Source: Malacoraja senta
Taxonomy: Eukaryota
DNA: 64,000 nt
Direction of reading: 5' to 3'
NCBI GenBank assembly: GCA_038087875.1
Contig: CM075980.1
Span: forward strand, 69,998,001 to 70,062,000
A program made the translations under genes and the position numbers. The notes below the pieces were generated by a model. It ran no database searches and had not been told where the DNA came from. It was given only the letters and a program-made list of their open reading frames with translations. Positions 38,473 to 50,356 of this stretch are shown one piece after another. The first letter of the stretch is position 1; each line of letters begins with the position of its first letter.

Positions 38473-39355
38473 ACAATACAATACAATGCAATACGGTATT
38501 ATTCGTCACATTGCACATAAAGTGCAAGTGAAATGAATTTGCCAGCAGCGGTACAATGATAAAGAACACACAATACACAATAAAAATTTAACACAAACAT
38601 CCACCACAGCATTCATCACTGTGGTGTAAGGCACAACATTTGGCCAGTCCTCCTCCATTTCCCCCCGTGGTCGGGACCATAACCCTCCACAGCCGTCGCT
38701 GCGGGCGTCCAGATGTACAGACAGATAAAAGTCCAGGTAAGTCCAGAGTCGGCTCTTCCCCACCGGAGACCGTGGCTTTAGGTTGGTGTAGGCCGCAGGC
38801 CGGCGGTCGAAGATTTAAAGTCCCCGCCACGGCAGCCAGAAGCACCGCAGACCGCAGGGCCGGCAGTCGAAACTCCCCTCCAGTGGTGATGGTAAGTCCA
38901 CGCCGGGCCCGCGGTAGAATTAGGCAGTGGGCCGGCAGTGGTGGCTTCTTCTCCCGGGTCCCCCACAAGGGATCCCAGGCTGCGGACGCCGCGCCAGCTG
39001 GAGCTCGGCAGACCGCGGCTTCAGGCTGCCGGGGGCCAGCGAAACAGAGCGCTCCCCTCCGGCGAGCCCCAGCGAGCCCCAGCGAGGGCTCGCCCGCTCC
39101 ACGCTGCCCCCCGCTGAAGCCCCGGGCGCGTCTCCGGGAAAGGCCGCGCCGATCCTTGTTGTTAGGCCACGGGGGAGGCGACCTGGAAAAAGTTGCCTCT
39201 CCGTGGAGGAGGCGACCAAAACGGTTTCCCCCTTACCCTTCCACACCACCCCCCACACAAAACACACAGAGGAACATTAAAACCCATACACTAAAACATA
39301 CTAAAAAAATATTAAAAAGCAGAAAAAAACGGACATGCTGCTGACAGGGCGCCGG
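38473..39355 (-). mobile_element. GC/CpG-rich non-coding retroposon inserted in a V-SINE (38183-39425)
   Basis: Tail atttcacttgcactttatgtgcaatgtgacgaataa..(TATTG)n; body homologous to 25692-26542. Confidence 0.7.
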
Positions 39356-39469
39356 CTCGTGGATCACTGGTTAGAACAGACTCGGTGGGCTGAAAGGCCT
39401 GTTTCCGCGTTGTATCTCTAAACTAATGTAAAGTGAAGCAGATAAGAAAATGATCGAGATCCTCTTGAC

Positions 39470-40345
39470 AGATTCACTGTATAACTTGTTATCACCGATT
39501 CCTCAACCAACAATGGACCATTGTGGGCTAAACTTTTACTTTTTACATACCTTTCATTCATTTGTTCGAAACCTTTCCATATTACCGTCTACAGCTGTCG
39601 TTTCCCTTTCCCCTGACTCTCAGTCTGCAGAAAGGTCTCGACCCAAAACGTCAGCTATTCCTTTTCTCCAGAGAAGCTGCCTGACCCGCTGAGATACTCC
39701 AGCTTTTTGTGTTTATAACAGGATTGGAGTTGGGGACTCTCAAACAAAGTCAGAGGTCCTGATCTTCCATTCACTACATCATGCCAGACTCTTCCACAGT
39801 GTAATGTATATTATGTAGTCTTTCTGTCTTGAGTCACCCCTGTCACATGGGACTTCCTTCTGGCATTTATCTAATGATGAGAATGTCCTGAACTCCTTCA
39901 CTAAATCTAGGGACTCCTTCCATTTCCCCTGGTTCAGGTGGTTTTGGACATGGTTTTGTTAAGGAGTAGGAAGGAACTGCAGATGCTGGTATACACCAAA
40001 GATAGACACAAAATGCTGGAGCAACTCAGCGGGTTTGATACCGGCTTTGATTTGTTCTGTATCAACTCAATTAAACTCCCAGCTTTTCATACTGTGGAAT
40101 ATCACTGTCTGTATAACTTGTTATCACCTGTCCCACAGCCAACAATCGACCATTGTGGGCTAAACCTTTCCTTTCATTCATTTGTTCGAAGCCTCTCTAT
40201 ATCACCATCTACATCTGTCGTTTCCCTCGCCCCTGACTCTCAGTCTGAAGAAGGGTCCCGACCCAAAACGTCACCTATCTTTTTTTCCAGAGATGCTGCC
40301 TGACCCCTTGAGGTGCTCAAGCATTTTGTGTCTATCTTTGGTTTA
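39470..40345 (+). mobile_element. Two direct Penelope terminal-repeat copies (39470-39715, 40100-40345) plus an inverted piece (39965-40035)
   Basis: Both direct copies carry a hammerhead motif, e.g. CTGAAGAAGGGTCCCGACCCaAAACGTC at about 40245. Confidence 0.8.
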
Positions 40346-40860
40346 TGTTAATGCTATTTAAATTCCCATCAGTGCTAGCTCACTGGTTTTGTTTCTGTAA
40401 ATATTTACCAGCTATTGATCAAAAATGAATACAATTCAAGTAAACCTGGCAACAACTGGTGAAGCATAATCAGCTCCCCTGCAAGCTCTTTGATAAACTA
40501 GAATGAATTCTGGTATGTTTGGAACCGAAGATCTGAGACGTTGTCTGAGAAATACTGCTCCAATTAGTTATTATTATGAAATGACTGCATGAATGTAGGA
40601 CCAGAGCAGCTCTGGCAAACAGTAAGCATAAAAGAAGCAGCAAGCTGCCTTCAGCAGACTGGATCCCATCACAGTGCTGTTTGGGATGGAGCAGCAGGCG
40701 TTGAAGAACATTAAACAACAGTGGTATCTGGTACAACAATCTAACAATTGGAGTTACTGCCACACAGTGCTAGAGACCCGGGCTCGTTGCTGTCTGAATG
40801 TAGTTTGTACATTCTCCCCGTGACATGTATTGGTTTTCTGCGGGAGCTCATGCTCAGTCT

Positions 40861-41150
40861 AGGCCACAAATAGGCCACAAATAGGCCCCGACCTCGGGTG
40901 TTTCACAGAGGAAGAGGACTTAACTTTTTGTTGCCTTTCCCCACAATGGAAAATTTTGATTCTGTTGTGGGGAGACGTTCTTGTTGAATTCTATAATGTG
41001 TTATGTCATTTTTCAGATTTTTTATTTTTCTATGGATGTACGGAAACTATTATTTCTTTTATTATTTCTTTTATGTAAAGCACTTTGGTTTCAACGCGAG
41101 TTGATTTAAACGTGCTATATAAATAAAATTTACTTACTTACTTACTTACT
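40861..41150 (+). mobile_element. 3' part of the GC-rich retroposon family with an L2-type tail, inserted in a V-SINE (40755-41322)
   Basis: aaataggccccgacc(t)cgggtg..gaggact shared with reverse complement of 25860-25920; ends tgtaaagcactttgg..gtgctatataaataaa(TTAC)n. Confidence 0.65.
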
Positions 41151-41889
41151 TCCTCCCACACTCCAAAGATGTAGGTTAATTGGCTTGGTAAAATTGTATA
41201 ATTGACGTTAGTGTGTAGGATAGTGTTAGTGTGCGAGGATTGCTGGTTGATGAGGACTCAGTGGGCCGAAGGGCTTGTTTCAGCGTTGTAGATATAAACT
41301 AAACTAAACTAAACTAAACTAAAGATCATCCCACAAAGTACAGTCAGTCCATACAGGCACAATTACATTATATACACATCTGCAAAATATTAACCTATGC
41401 AAACCACATACACTCTGTTAAATACTTTAATCAACATGTAGTTGTAAATTTATGTGATGCTAAATTCACTTGGTCATTTTGTTTGGGTGGATAACCCGTT
41501 GAGTTACTCCAGCACTTTGGGTCTATCTTCACAATCATGAAATTACACTGATGGTAGCAATGTCCACTAACACTGGAGAAGAAGCTTAACCGGTTGTCAA
41601 ACGCCCATTTCCATTCATGCTATTTAATCCACTCCAGGCTCTAGTATCCGCATTGGTCATTTTTCCAGATCGTCCTCATTGATGATTAGTATTACATTCT
41701 GTCCTACAATTACACTGTACAGATCAGAGACTTTTATGTGGGCAAACATGTGCCAGTACGCATATTTTTCCTTGGTGTTCCTTGTCCTCCTATAAACTGT
41801 TTAAACTGATTAGGGGCCTTTCCCCTATTAATTATTTTGTAAAACTTTAGTGATCTTTGTAGTATTGAAAAAAATAAAAAATACAGTGA

Positions 41890-44150
41890 TGCCATGCTGA
41901 GGCTCTATAAGGCGCTGGTCAGGCCGCATTTGGTGTACTGTGAGCAAATTTGGGCCCCATATCTGAGGAAGGACGTGTTGGCCCTAGAGAGGGTCCAGAG
42001 GAGGATTACAAGAATGATTCCAGGAATTAGTGGGTTAGCATATGATGAGTCTTTGACAGCACTGGGCCTCTACTCACTAGAGTTTAGAAGGTTGAGGGGG
42101 GACATTGAAACTTTCAGAATAATGAAAGGCAGAGATAGAGTGGATGTGGGAAGGATGTTTCCACTGGTGGGAGAGTCTAGGACCAGAGGTGATAGCCTCA
42201 GAACAAAAGGACGCTATTTTAGAAAGGAGGTGTGGAGGAACTTCATTAGTCAGAGGATAATTAATCTGTGGAACTAATTGCCAAGTCAGTGGATATTTGT
42301 AGTAGTAGTATATATTTAATATAGTACATATTTTATTTCGAACATGTAAAACAAAAAAGTAAAAAACAAAACAAAATAACAATAAAATGAAATGAACAAT
42401 AAACCTATACACAACTCATTGAATAACTTCTCATAAACATCACAAATTAAATTCTTACATGTTCGAACAGGAGTAGGAGGAAGTATACACTTATTTATTC
42501 CTATCCCTTCTCCACTACTCATCAATTAATTCACAAACTTTATCTCATCAACAGTGAAATGCTATATATATATATATACATACAAACGTATACATACTGT
42601 ACATACATACATATATCCATGCATAAGCCACATACATACATACATATATACACACATATGCATGCATGCAAATATACATATATACAGTTTATAAACAATT
42701 ATCCAAATTCTATGTACAACGCGAATATCACTGTGTCAATAAACTAAAACTTAACCATTATCACAGCCCTTCCTCATTCTTACACCTCAGAAAATATTTT
42801 TTTGCACTTGTTCTTAAACTGAGTAATGTTTGTGCTTTGCACTGAGTAATGTTTGCAGTACCACATCCCACAATTTCACCCCACACATTGAAATACACAA
42901 ACTCTTCATAGTTGTACGAACACAAAGTTTCTTTAAATTAAACTTTTCCTCTCAAATTATAACCACCTTCCCTGTTAAAGAACATTTTTTGTATATTACC
43001 TGGTAGTAAATTATTTCTTGCTTTATACATTATTTGTGCTGTATTAAATTCTACTAGATCCATAAACTTCAAGGCATTTGACTGTAAAAACAGAGAGTTG
43101 GTATGTTCACAAAATCCTACATTATTAACTATCCTTATGGCCCTTTTTTGCAGTATGTATAATGGATGTAGGATGCTTTTGTAAGTGTTACCCCATACCT
43201 TCACACAGTAATTTAGATATGGCAGTACATGAACAGTAAACAATGTACAGCGCTTTGTGATTCAGAATGTGCCTTGTTCTTCCCAGGACTGCAATGCTCC
43301 TTGCCAGCTTTGCTCACACATGTTTTATATGAGGTTTCCAGCAGATTTTGTGGTTTAATATCATACCTAGAAATTTATTTTCATGTACTCTTTCTATATC
43401 AACACCATCTATCCCCACTTGTACCTGAGTGTTTATTTTACAATTTCCAAACAACATAATCTTTGTTTTGTTCAAATTTAATGATAATTTGTTAATGTCA
43501 AACGACCTTTTAAATTTTCTCATTTCTGATGTGATCTCCTCCAAAAGCTGCTGTAAATTCAGAACAAAATATATTGGTATCATCCGCAAATAAAACAAAT
43601 TTCAAGATTTTTGATACTCTACATATATCATTTATATACAGAATGAACAATTTCAGTCCTAATACTGACCCCTGAGGTACTCCACAAGTAATATCCAAGC
43701 ATGTTGATTTATGCTCAGCTAGCTTCACAAACTGTTACCTGTTACTTAAATAGCTTCTCAACCAATTCAACACCACCCCTCTGATACCGTACCTTTCCAA
43801 TTTATCAAGTAATATATTGTGATCAATGGTGTCAAAAGCTTTTTTAGATCTATAAATACTTTTTTTTGTGTATACAATTAGTAATTTCTTCTTTTAATTT
43901 GATTAGCACCATACATGTTGATCTGTTTGATCTGAATCCATACTGACTGTCAGTCAGCAATTTGTGCTTCTCAATGAATGAGTATAGTATTTCAGTAAAG
44001 AATAAGGCAGAGATAGGCAAATTCTTGATTCGAACAGGTGTTGAGGGTTATGGGGAGAAGGCAGGAAAATGGGATTAGGAGGCAGAGATCAGCCATGATT
44101 GAATGGCAGAGTAGACTTGATGGGCTGAATGGCCTAATTCTACTATAATT
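41890..44150 (+). mobile_element. CR1 3' fragment (41890-42297 and about 44003-44150) split by another LINE
   Basis: LYKALVRPHL..RRLRGD..NLWN; resumes aaggcagagataggcaaattcttga. Confidence 0.88.
42300..43985 (-). mobile_element. AT-rich L2/Crack-like LINE, 5'-truncated, frameshifted RT
   Basis: [57 protein letters not shown]; AATAAA and (TAC)n tail; (AT/AC) repeat in the UTR. Confidence 0.85.
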
Positions 44151-44454
44151 TGTAAAAAGTCTATTTTCCTATAACTCCGCAGATTGTTCCATTTTATTTA
44201 TATTTCTATTCCTCTGTTGAAACTTCATCTCCACTATGCCCTTCACTTAAAATGAGCTTAAGTTGTTTACATGCATCGCATGGTAATGCCATTACATCAT
44301 AGTGTACAATTTACAGTATTTAATATTAGGTAGTGAGTAGTGAGTCTATTTTATTTTTGAGTTTGAGTTTAGCTTTTTGTCATGTGTATAGAGGTACAGT
44401 GAAAAGCTTTAGAACTAAACACAAATAAACTAAACTCAAACTGTGATTTTCAGG

Positions 44455-44740
44455 GCTTTTAATAGGAATCTGAGGGGTAACATTTTCACACAAAGGATGG
44501 TGATGGGTGTATGGAACAAGCTACCAGAGGAGGTAGTTGAAGCAGAGAGTATCCCAACATTTAAGAAACAGTTAGACAGGTACATGGATAGGACAAGTTT
44601 GGACCAAACGTGGGCAGGTGGGACTAGTGTAGCTGGGACATGTATTCATTTTCTCCAGAGAAGCTGCCTGACCTGCTGAGTACTCCAGCATTTTGTGTCT
44701 ATCATGTGTAAATCAGCCTCTGCAGTTCCTTCCTACACAG
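44455..44740 (+). mobile_element. CR1 tail followed by a Penelope terminal fragment
   Basis: WNKLPEEVVEA..FKKQLDRYMD, then ctccagagaagctgcctgacc..gcagttccttcctacac. Confidence 0.75.
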
Positions 44741-44866
44741 CTTAAGAACGTGTATATGTAAACTTCATTGTAGAAAAAGGGTTACCATGTATGTTTATAT
44801 TACATGTATGCTATATCGCATATTACATGTGTGCTAGTGAACTGACATGAATACCACATTCACATT

Positions 44867-45204
44867 GGGGCAGCACAGTGACGCAGTGATAGATTTGCTG
44901 CCTTACAGCACTTGCAGCGCCGGAGACCTGGGTTCGATCCCGACTATGGGTGCTGTTTGTACGGAGTTTGTACGTTCTCCCCGCGACTGCGTGGGTTTTC
45001 TCCAAGATCTTTGGTTTCCTCCCACACTCCAAAGACGTGCAGGTTTGTAGCTTAATTGGCTTGGGTTTCTATACTTGGTATAAGTGTAAATTGTCCCTGG
45101 TGTGTGTAGGCTTGTGTTAATGTGCAGGGATCGCTGGTCGGTGCAGACCTGGTGGGCCAAAGGGCCTGTTTCCGCACTGTATCTCTAAACTAAACTAGAC
45201 TAAA
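44867..45204 (+). mobile_element. HE1-like V-SINE
   Basis: Full length. Confidence 0.92.
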
Positions 45205-45517
45205 ATTGATTTAGGGGAATTACTCTTAACATACAGCAGGTAAGGAAGGCTGAGGCACATTATTGTGATAGAGTTCTGTCTGTAAAATATAGCAACAACT
45301 AATCTGTCTTCCTATGAATGGCTTAAATCACTGTAAGTGTAAACATTCCAGGTAATTCTGCAACATTTTCTGAACTGATGCTGTTTCCAGGTGTTCAGCT
45401 AGAAGAATTAATCCAATATGAGTCTGGAAAATCAAAATAAAGCCCTGCAGATATTGAAAATATTACATAAATGCTACAAACACTCAGCAGGTCAGGCAGC
45501 ATCTGTAGAAAGAGAAA

Positions 45518-47550
45518 CAAGATTCAAGATTCAAGATTCAAGAGAGTTTATTGTAGCAATGTTACAATATTTTGAGATTTTAAAAATAAAGTCTGCAATT
45601 TATCCCATCAGATAAAGCATAAAAAGAAGTTTAATTTGACACCTAATTCACTTTCATATCTTCAGTATTAAAGACGTTATGGCCATTTTCATACTCGGCA
45701 ATTGGCATCTTGTTCCCTATTGCTTTTCCATTGACTTAACACAAAAGCTGTGATCGAGGACAGTTAAAAGCCCATAACTTTCTTAAAAATTAAGATAACT
45801 GAAAGAAATTTTCAGTTATTATAGATTGAAGCATTCTGAAACAAATATGAAACAATCTTACTTAGAAGACATGAAAGTAAAGCATATAATTAGTTAGTTA
45901 CCTAATTGTAGCTAATTACAAAATTCAATTACTAGATCTAAACATCTATCAATTTCTTAAGAATAGATTAACATTTTTAAATAGCCTAAGTGTCCAAATA
46001 ACATTCACACAATAATTCACAATATAACATAATTTTTAAATCTCATTTTCATGAATTTTCAGGCCAAATGGAAGGAATTGAATGTTTAATACCTGTAAAT
46101 TAATGGGCATTTAATTCATCTTGTGAGTGAGGATTTCTGGAACGCGATCTTTTGGAACGTTCATTTGCGGTGAATTTAACCCCTTATTGACATGAAAAAT
46201 ACTGCCGTTAGTTCGGGGAATAAAATCACCGTTTCGCATGAAAAAATGTGAATTAAAGGCTTCTTAAGAAGCACTTTTATACATTTAAAGAAACCACTTT
46301 TGTTTACCTGTCCCGTGTGTGAAATCGGTCCCCGTTATCGGCGTTGACGCTTCAGGAGCTGCTTTTAAAATTACTCCAGCGCTGACATTGACGATTTAAT
46401 AAAAATAAAAAATTCACAAAAGGCCCCTAGGAACGATTTTTCAGCTAACGCTTGTACTCCAACGAAATATAATTCAGGACAAGGGAGGAAAAAACACGTT
46501 TTAACCCCGCCCCCCCCTTAAAGGCGCCAAAATCGCAGACACGGACAGTGGCAGAATTACAGCGCGACTGAAGGTAAGTTTTGTAACATACCTATTTATT
46601 GTCATGTGTCCCTGATAGGACAATGAAATTCTTGCTTTGCTACAGCATAACAGAACATAGTAGGCATTGACTACAAGGCATTCTATAAATATATACACAC
46701 ATGAATCAATATACTGATAAAGTGCAAATAAACAGATAATGGGCTATTAATGTTCAGAGTTTTGTCCGAGCCAAGTTTAATAGGCTGATGGCTGTGGGGA
46801 AGTAGCTATTCCTGAATCTGGTCGTTGCAGTCTTCAGGCTCCTGTAATTTCTACCTGAAGGTAGCGGGGAGATGAGTATGTGGCCAGGATGGTGTGGGTC
46901 CTTGATGATACTGCCAGCCTTTTTGAGGCAGCGACTGCGATAGATCCCCTCAATGGAAGGGAGGTCAGAGCCGATGATGGACTGGGCAGTGTTTACTACT
47001 TTTTGTAGTCTTTTCCGCTCCAGGGCGCTCAAGTTGCCGAACCAAGCCACGATGCAACCGTTCAGCATGCTCTCTACTGTGCACCTGTAGAAGTTAGAGA
47101 GATTCCTCCTTGACAAAGCGACTCTCCGTAATCTTCCCAGAAGGTAGAGGCGCTGATGTGCTTTCTTAATAATTGCATCAGTGTTCTCGGACCAGGAAAG
47201 ATCTTCAGTGATGTGCACGCCCAGGAATTTGAATGTCTTGACCCTTTCAACCATCGACCCGTTTATATAAACGGGACTGTGGGCCCCCATCCTACACCTT
47301 CCAAAGTCAACAATCAGTTCCTTGGTTTTGCTGGTGTTGAGGGCCAGGTTATTGTGCTGGCACCTTATGGACAGTCGCTCGATCTCTCTTCTATACTCTG
47401 ACTCATCCCCATCAGTGATACGTCCCACTGGTATCGTCAGCGAACTTGATGATGGAGTTCGCACTATGACTGGCTACACAGTCATGAGTATAGAGTGAGT
47501 ACAGCAGGGGGCTGAGCACGCAGCCTTGAGGTGCTCCCATGCTGATTGTT
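45518..47550 (-). mobile_element. Rex1/Babar-type LINE 3' part; tail interrupted by a DNA element
   Basis: [55 protein letters not shown]; (TCTTGAA)n tail at 45518-45545. Confidence 0.92.
45554..46594. mobile_element. Non-autonomous TIR DNA element, 1041 bp, 7-bp TSD (hAT-like)
   Basis: Ends TAGCAATGTTACAA and (reverse complement) TAGGTATGTTACAA; TTTATTG duplicated at 45547-53 and 46595-601. Confidence 0.75.
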
Positions 47551-48312
47551 ATCGCAAGGCCTGAAATGTTGCTCTTTCCACAGATACGGCCTGAACTGCT
47601 GAGCATTTCCAGGATTTTCTGTTTCTGTTCCAGCATGACTCGTGATCCATGTTCAGACTGGAAGTTGACTGTCCATAATTGTCAGCAGATATTCTCTCCA
47701 TTGTGTTACAAAATTAAAAACTCATTAAAAAGGTTTATATTTCCATACACCGCAATGGATTGAAATATTGAGATTGTTTCAATGCAGATAAAAGAAGGAA
47801 ATTATGAAGCTGTATGAGCTCTGTTCTTGTAACTTCTAATGTTGTCCGAACCTCTCCATGTATTACAATCTTGGAACAACCTTCCAGCTATTTATGACCT
47901 AGAATTTAACACTGGGTGCACCATGACAATAAATAAATGGATTGGAAAAAGTTACATTTTGCTCAGGCTCACTTCTTTCACCAGTCTGCCTCCAGTAGAG
48001 AAGATTCGCCAGGATGTTGGCTGGGATTCAATGTTTCAGCTATGAGGATTGTATAGGTATGATTGTTTTCCTTGGATTGGAAACCTCTGAGGGAGGCCTG
48101 AAAGAGGTTTTTCAAATTGTGAGGGAAATAGGTAGGATAGATTGTTGGATATTTTCCCCATCGAGTTGAAGTGTCTGTGACTAGTGGGATTAGGTTTTAA
48201 ATAAGGAGGTAAAAGGTTACGAGGGGATCTGAGCAAGATTTATTTGACCCTGAGGGTGGTAGAAATCTGAATTGTTTTGTCTAAACAGCGGCAGAACCTC
48301 TAAGAATATTTA

Positions 48313-48796
48313 AGGGCCTGTCCCACGGGCATGCGACTCCATGCGGCAAGCGCGACCTAACCGCAAGCGGGGGCCGCGTGGAGGTCCAGTGATCCCCGTA
48401 CAGGGCCGGTCCCACCAGCATGCGGCAAGCGCTACCAAATCGGAAGCGGGGGCCGCGCGGAGGTCGTGACGTCAAAATGGTGCGTACGGCGGCGAGGCGG
48501 TACGCACGGCCGTCGATGCGTCACGCAGGCCGTCGATGCGGTGCGCATGGCCGTCGATGCGGTGCGCACGGCCTCGATGCGGCTGCGGGGCGGCAGGCCG
48601 TTGCTGCACGGAATTTTTGAACAGTGTCAGTTTTTCGGAGCCCCTCGCGATGTCGGGACAGCTCCGCACAACTCCATACGGCTCCGGCGATCGAAGTGGG
48701 ACTGGTCCCGCGACCTCCGCGTGGCCCCCGCATGGCCCCCGCTTGCGGTTAGGTCGCGCTTGCCGCATGGAGTCGCATGCCCGTGGGACAGGCCCT
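48313..48796. mobile_element. PIF/Harbinger MITE, 484 bp
   Basis: ~60-bp perfect TIR AGGGCCTGTCCCACGGGCATGCG..; TTA/TTG flanks; internal ~20-bp tandem ggccgtcgatgcggtgcgca. Confidence 0.85.
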
Positions 48797-48891
48797 TTGG
48801 GGAGTATCTAGATGAACACATTTGAATCACCAATACATAGAATGCTGTGGAGTATGTGCTGATTAATGGGATTAGTGTTGGTAGCTACTTA

Positions 48892-49102
48892 AGGCCTGTC
48901 CCACATGGGCGTAATTTGCGCGTAATTTACGCGACATAATTTACGCAACACGAAGCACAACGCGTGCGTCATACCGCGCACGTGATGCACGCATGGTGCG
49001 TGGTGACGTAGGCAGTGACGCGCGGTCCCCAGGATTTTGGGATGTACATCTTCGCGCGCCATCTGCGTGACGCGCAAATGACGCCCAAGTGGGACAGGCC
49101 CT
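48892..49102. mobile_element. PIF/Harbinger MITE, 211 bp
   Basis: AGGCCTGTCCCACATGGGCGT ... ACGCCCAAGTGGGACAGGCCCT; TTA TSD on both sides. Confidence 0.85.
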
Positions 49103-49134
49103 TTAATGGTTATCATCATGCACATGCACATCCC

Positions 49135-49530
49135 ATGGAGTTTAGAAGGATGAGGGGTGTTCTCATTGAAACTAACTGAATAGTGAAAGGCCTGGATAGA
49201 GTGGATGTGAAGAGGATGTTTGCACCAGTGGGAGAGTCTACGACCAAATGTCATAGCCTCAGAATAAAAGGATGTACCTTTAGGAAGGAGTTGAGGAATT
49301 TCTTTATTCAGAGGGTGGTGAATCTGTAGAATTCATTGCCACAGAAGGCTGTGGAGGCCGTCAATGGATATTTTTAAGGCAGAGATTGATAGATTCTTGA
49401 TTAGTATGGGTGTCAGGGATTATGGGGAGAAGGCAGGAGAATGGAGTTGAGAGAGAAAGATAGATTAGCCGTGGTTGAATGGTGTAAACTTGATGGGCCG
49501 AATGGCCTAATTCTGCTCCTATCACTTATG
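49135..49530 (+). mobile_element. CR1 3' fragment
   Basis: gagtttagaaggatgagggg..cagagggtggtgaatctg..3'UTR. Confidence 0.88.
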
Positions 49531-49847
49531 AATTTACAGTGGGCTGAAGGGTTTGCTTCTGAACTGGATTATTATTGTGTTTCCAAGATCGGGCTTGTCT
49601 TATTTATATGCAGAGGAAACGTAACTCTCCTCTGAACCACACCCGTGACCTGAAGCTGAGTGACATACCATTATCTGCACCAGTATGTTTTTCATTTGAC
49701 ATCCCATGGTCACTCTGATTACCCAGGTCGGACATGAAAGTGCTGAGCCGGGGTTAACTTTGTGCTGTAAACACTCTGATACCCGAGGAACTGTCCAAAT
49801 GGGAAATGGTGTGCATCAGGGCAGGCTGGAATTAGACCTCAGAAGTG

Positions 49848-49992
49848 ACTCCAAAGACGTACAGGTTTGTAGGAGTGATAAATGTAAAAATTGTCCCTAG
49901 TGGGTGTGGGTGTGCGGGAATCGCTGGTCGGCGCGGACCCAGTGGGCCGAAGGGCCTGTTTCCGCGCTGTATCTCTAAACTAAACTAAACTA
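49848..49992 (+). mobile_element. V-SINE 3' half
   Basis: ctccaaagacgtacaggtttgtagg..(CTAAA)n. Confidence 0.85.
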
Positions 49993-50328
49993 AGCTAAAA
50001 AGAGAACCACTGAAAGTTGGTTCAGTGGAAGCTTGTTATTAGAGAAAGTGATTGTTTTCAACCCCTCATCAGGATTTCAACATTTAACAAAGTGGGCCTT
50101 TGAAAAACATTGTCTTTCTGATCGCCACAGGTTCACAGCAGAGGTTCAACTCTGTAATTAATTTACTATTATTAATCTAAAGGGTTTGCAACAATGACGC
50201 TGCTGAATTTTTAATTGTAAATTAATCTATATTAAAAATTGCAATGACAGATACTTTCAACCTCTTTGGTTCCTGCGATCTTTAAACAAAATTGCATTTA
50301 GTTAAAATCTGGTCAGAAGTCTTAAAGT

Positions 50329-50356
50329 CTGAAGAAGGGTCTCGACCCGAAACGTC
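50329..50356 (+). ncRNA. Candidate minimal type I hammerhead ribozyme within a 111-bp insertion (50310-50420)
   Basis: CUGAAGA-A-GGGUC(UC)GACCC-GAAAC-GUC; insertion flanked by a perfect 12-bp TSD TTAGTTAAAATC at 50298-50309 and 50421-50432. Confidence 0.65.

Noticed and set aside
38640-39344. 234-aa Arg/Ala/Pro-rich ORF and overlapping ORFs (also 25912-26454)
   Set aside because: Stop-poor GC-rich repeat with ORFs in several frames and no domain; frame not conserved between copies
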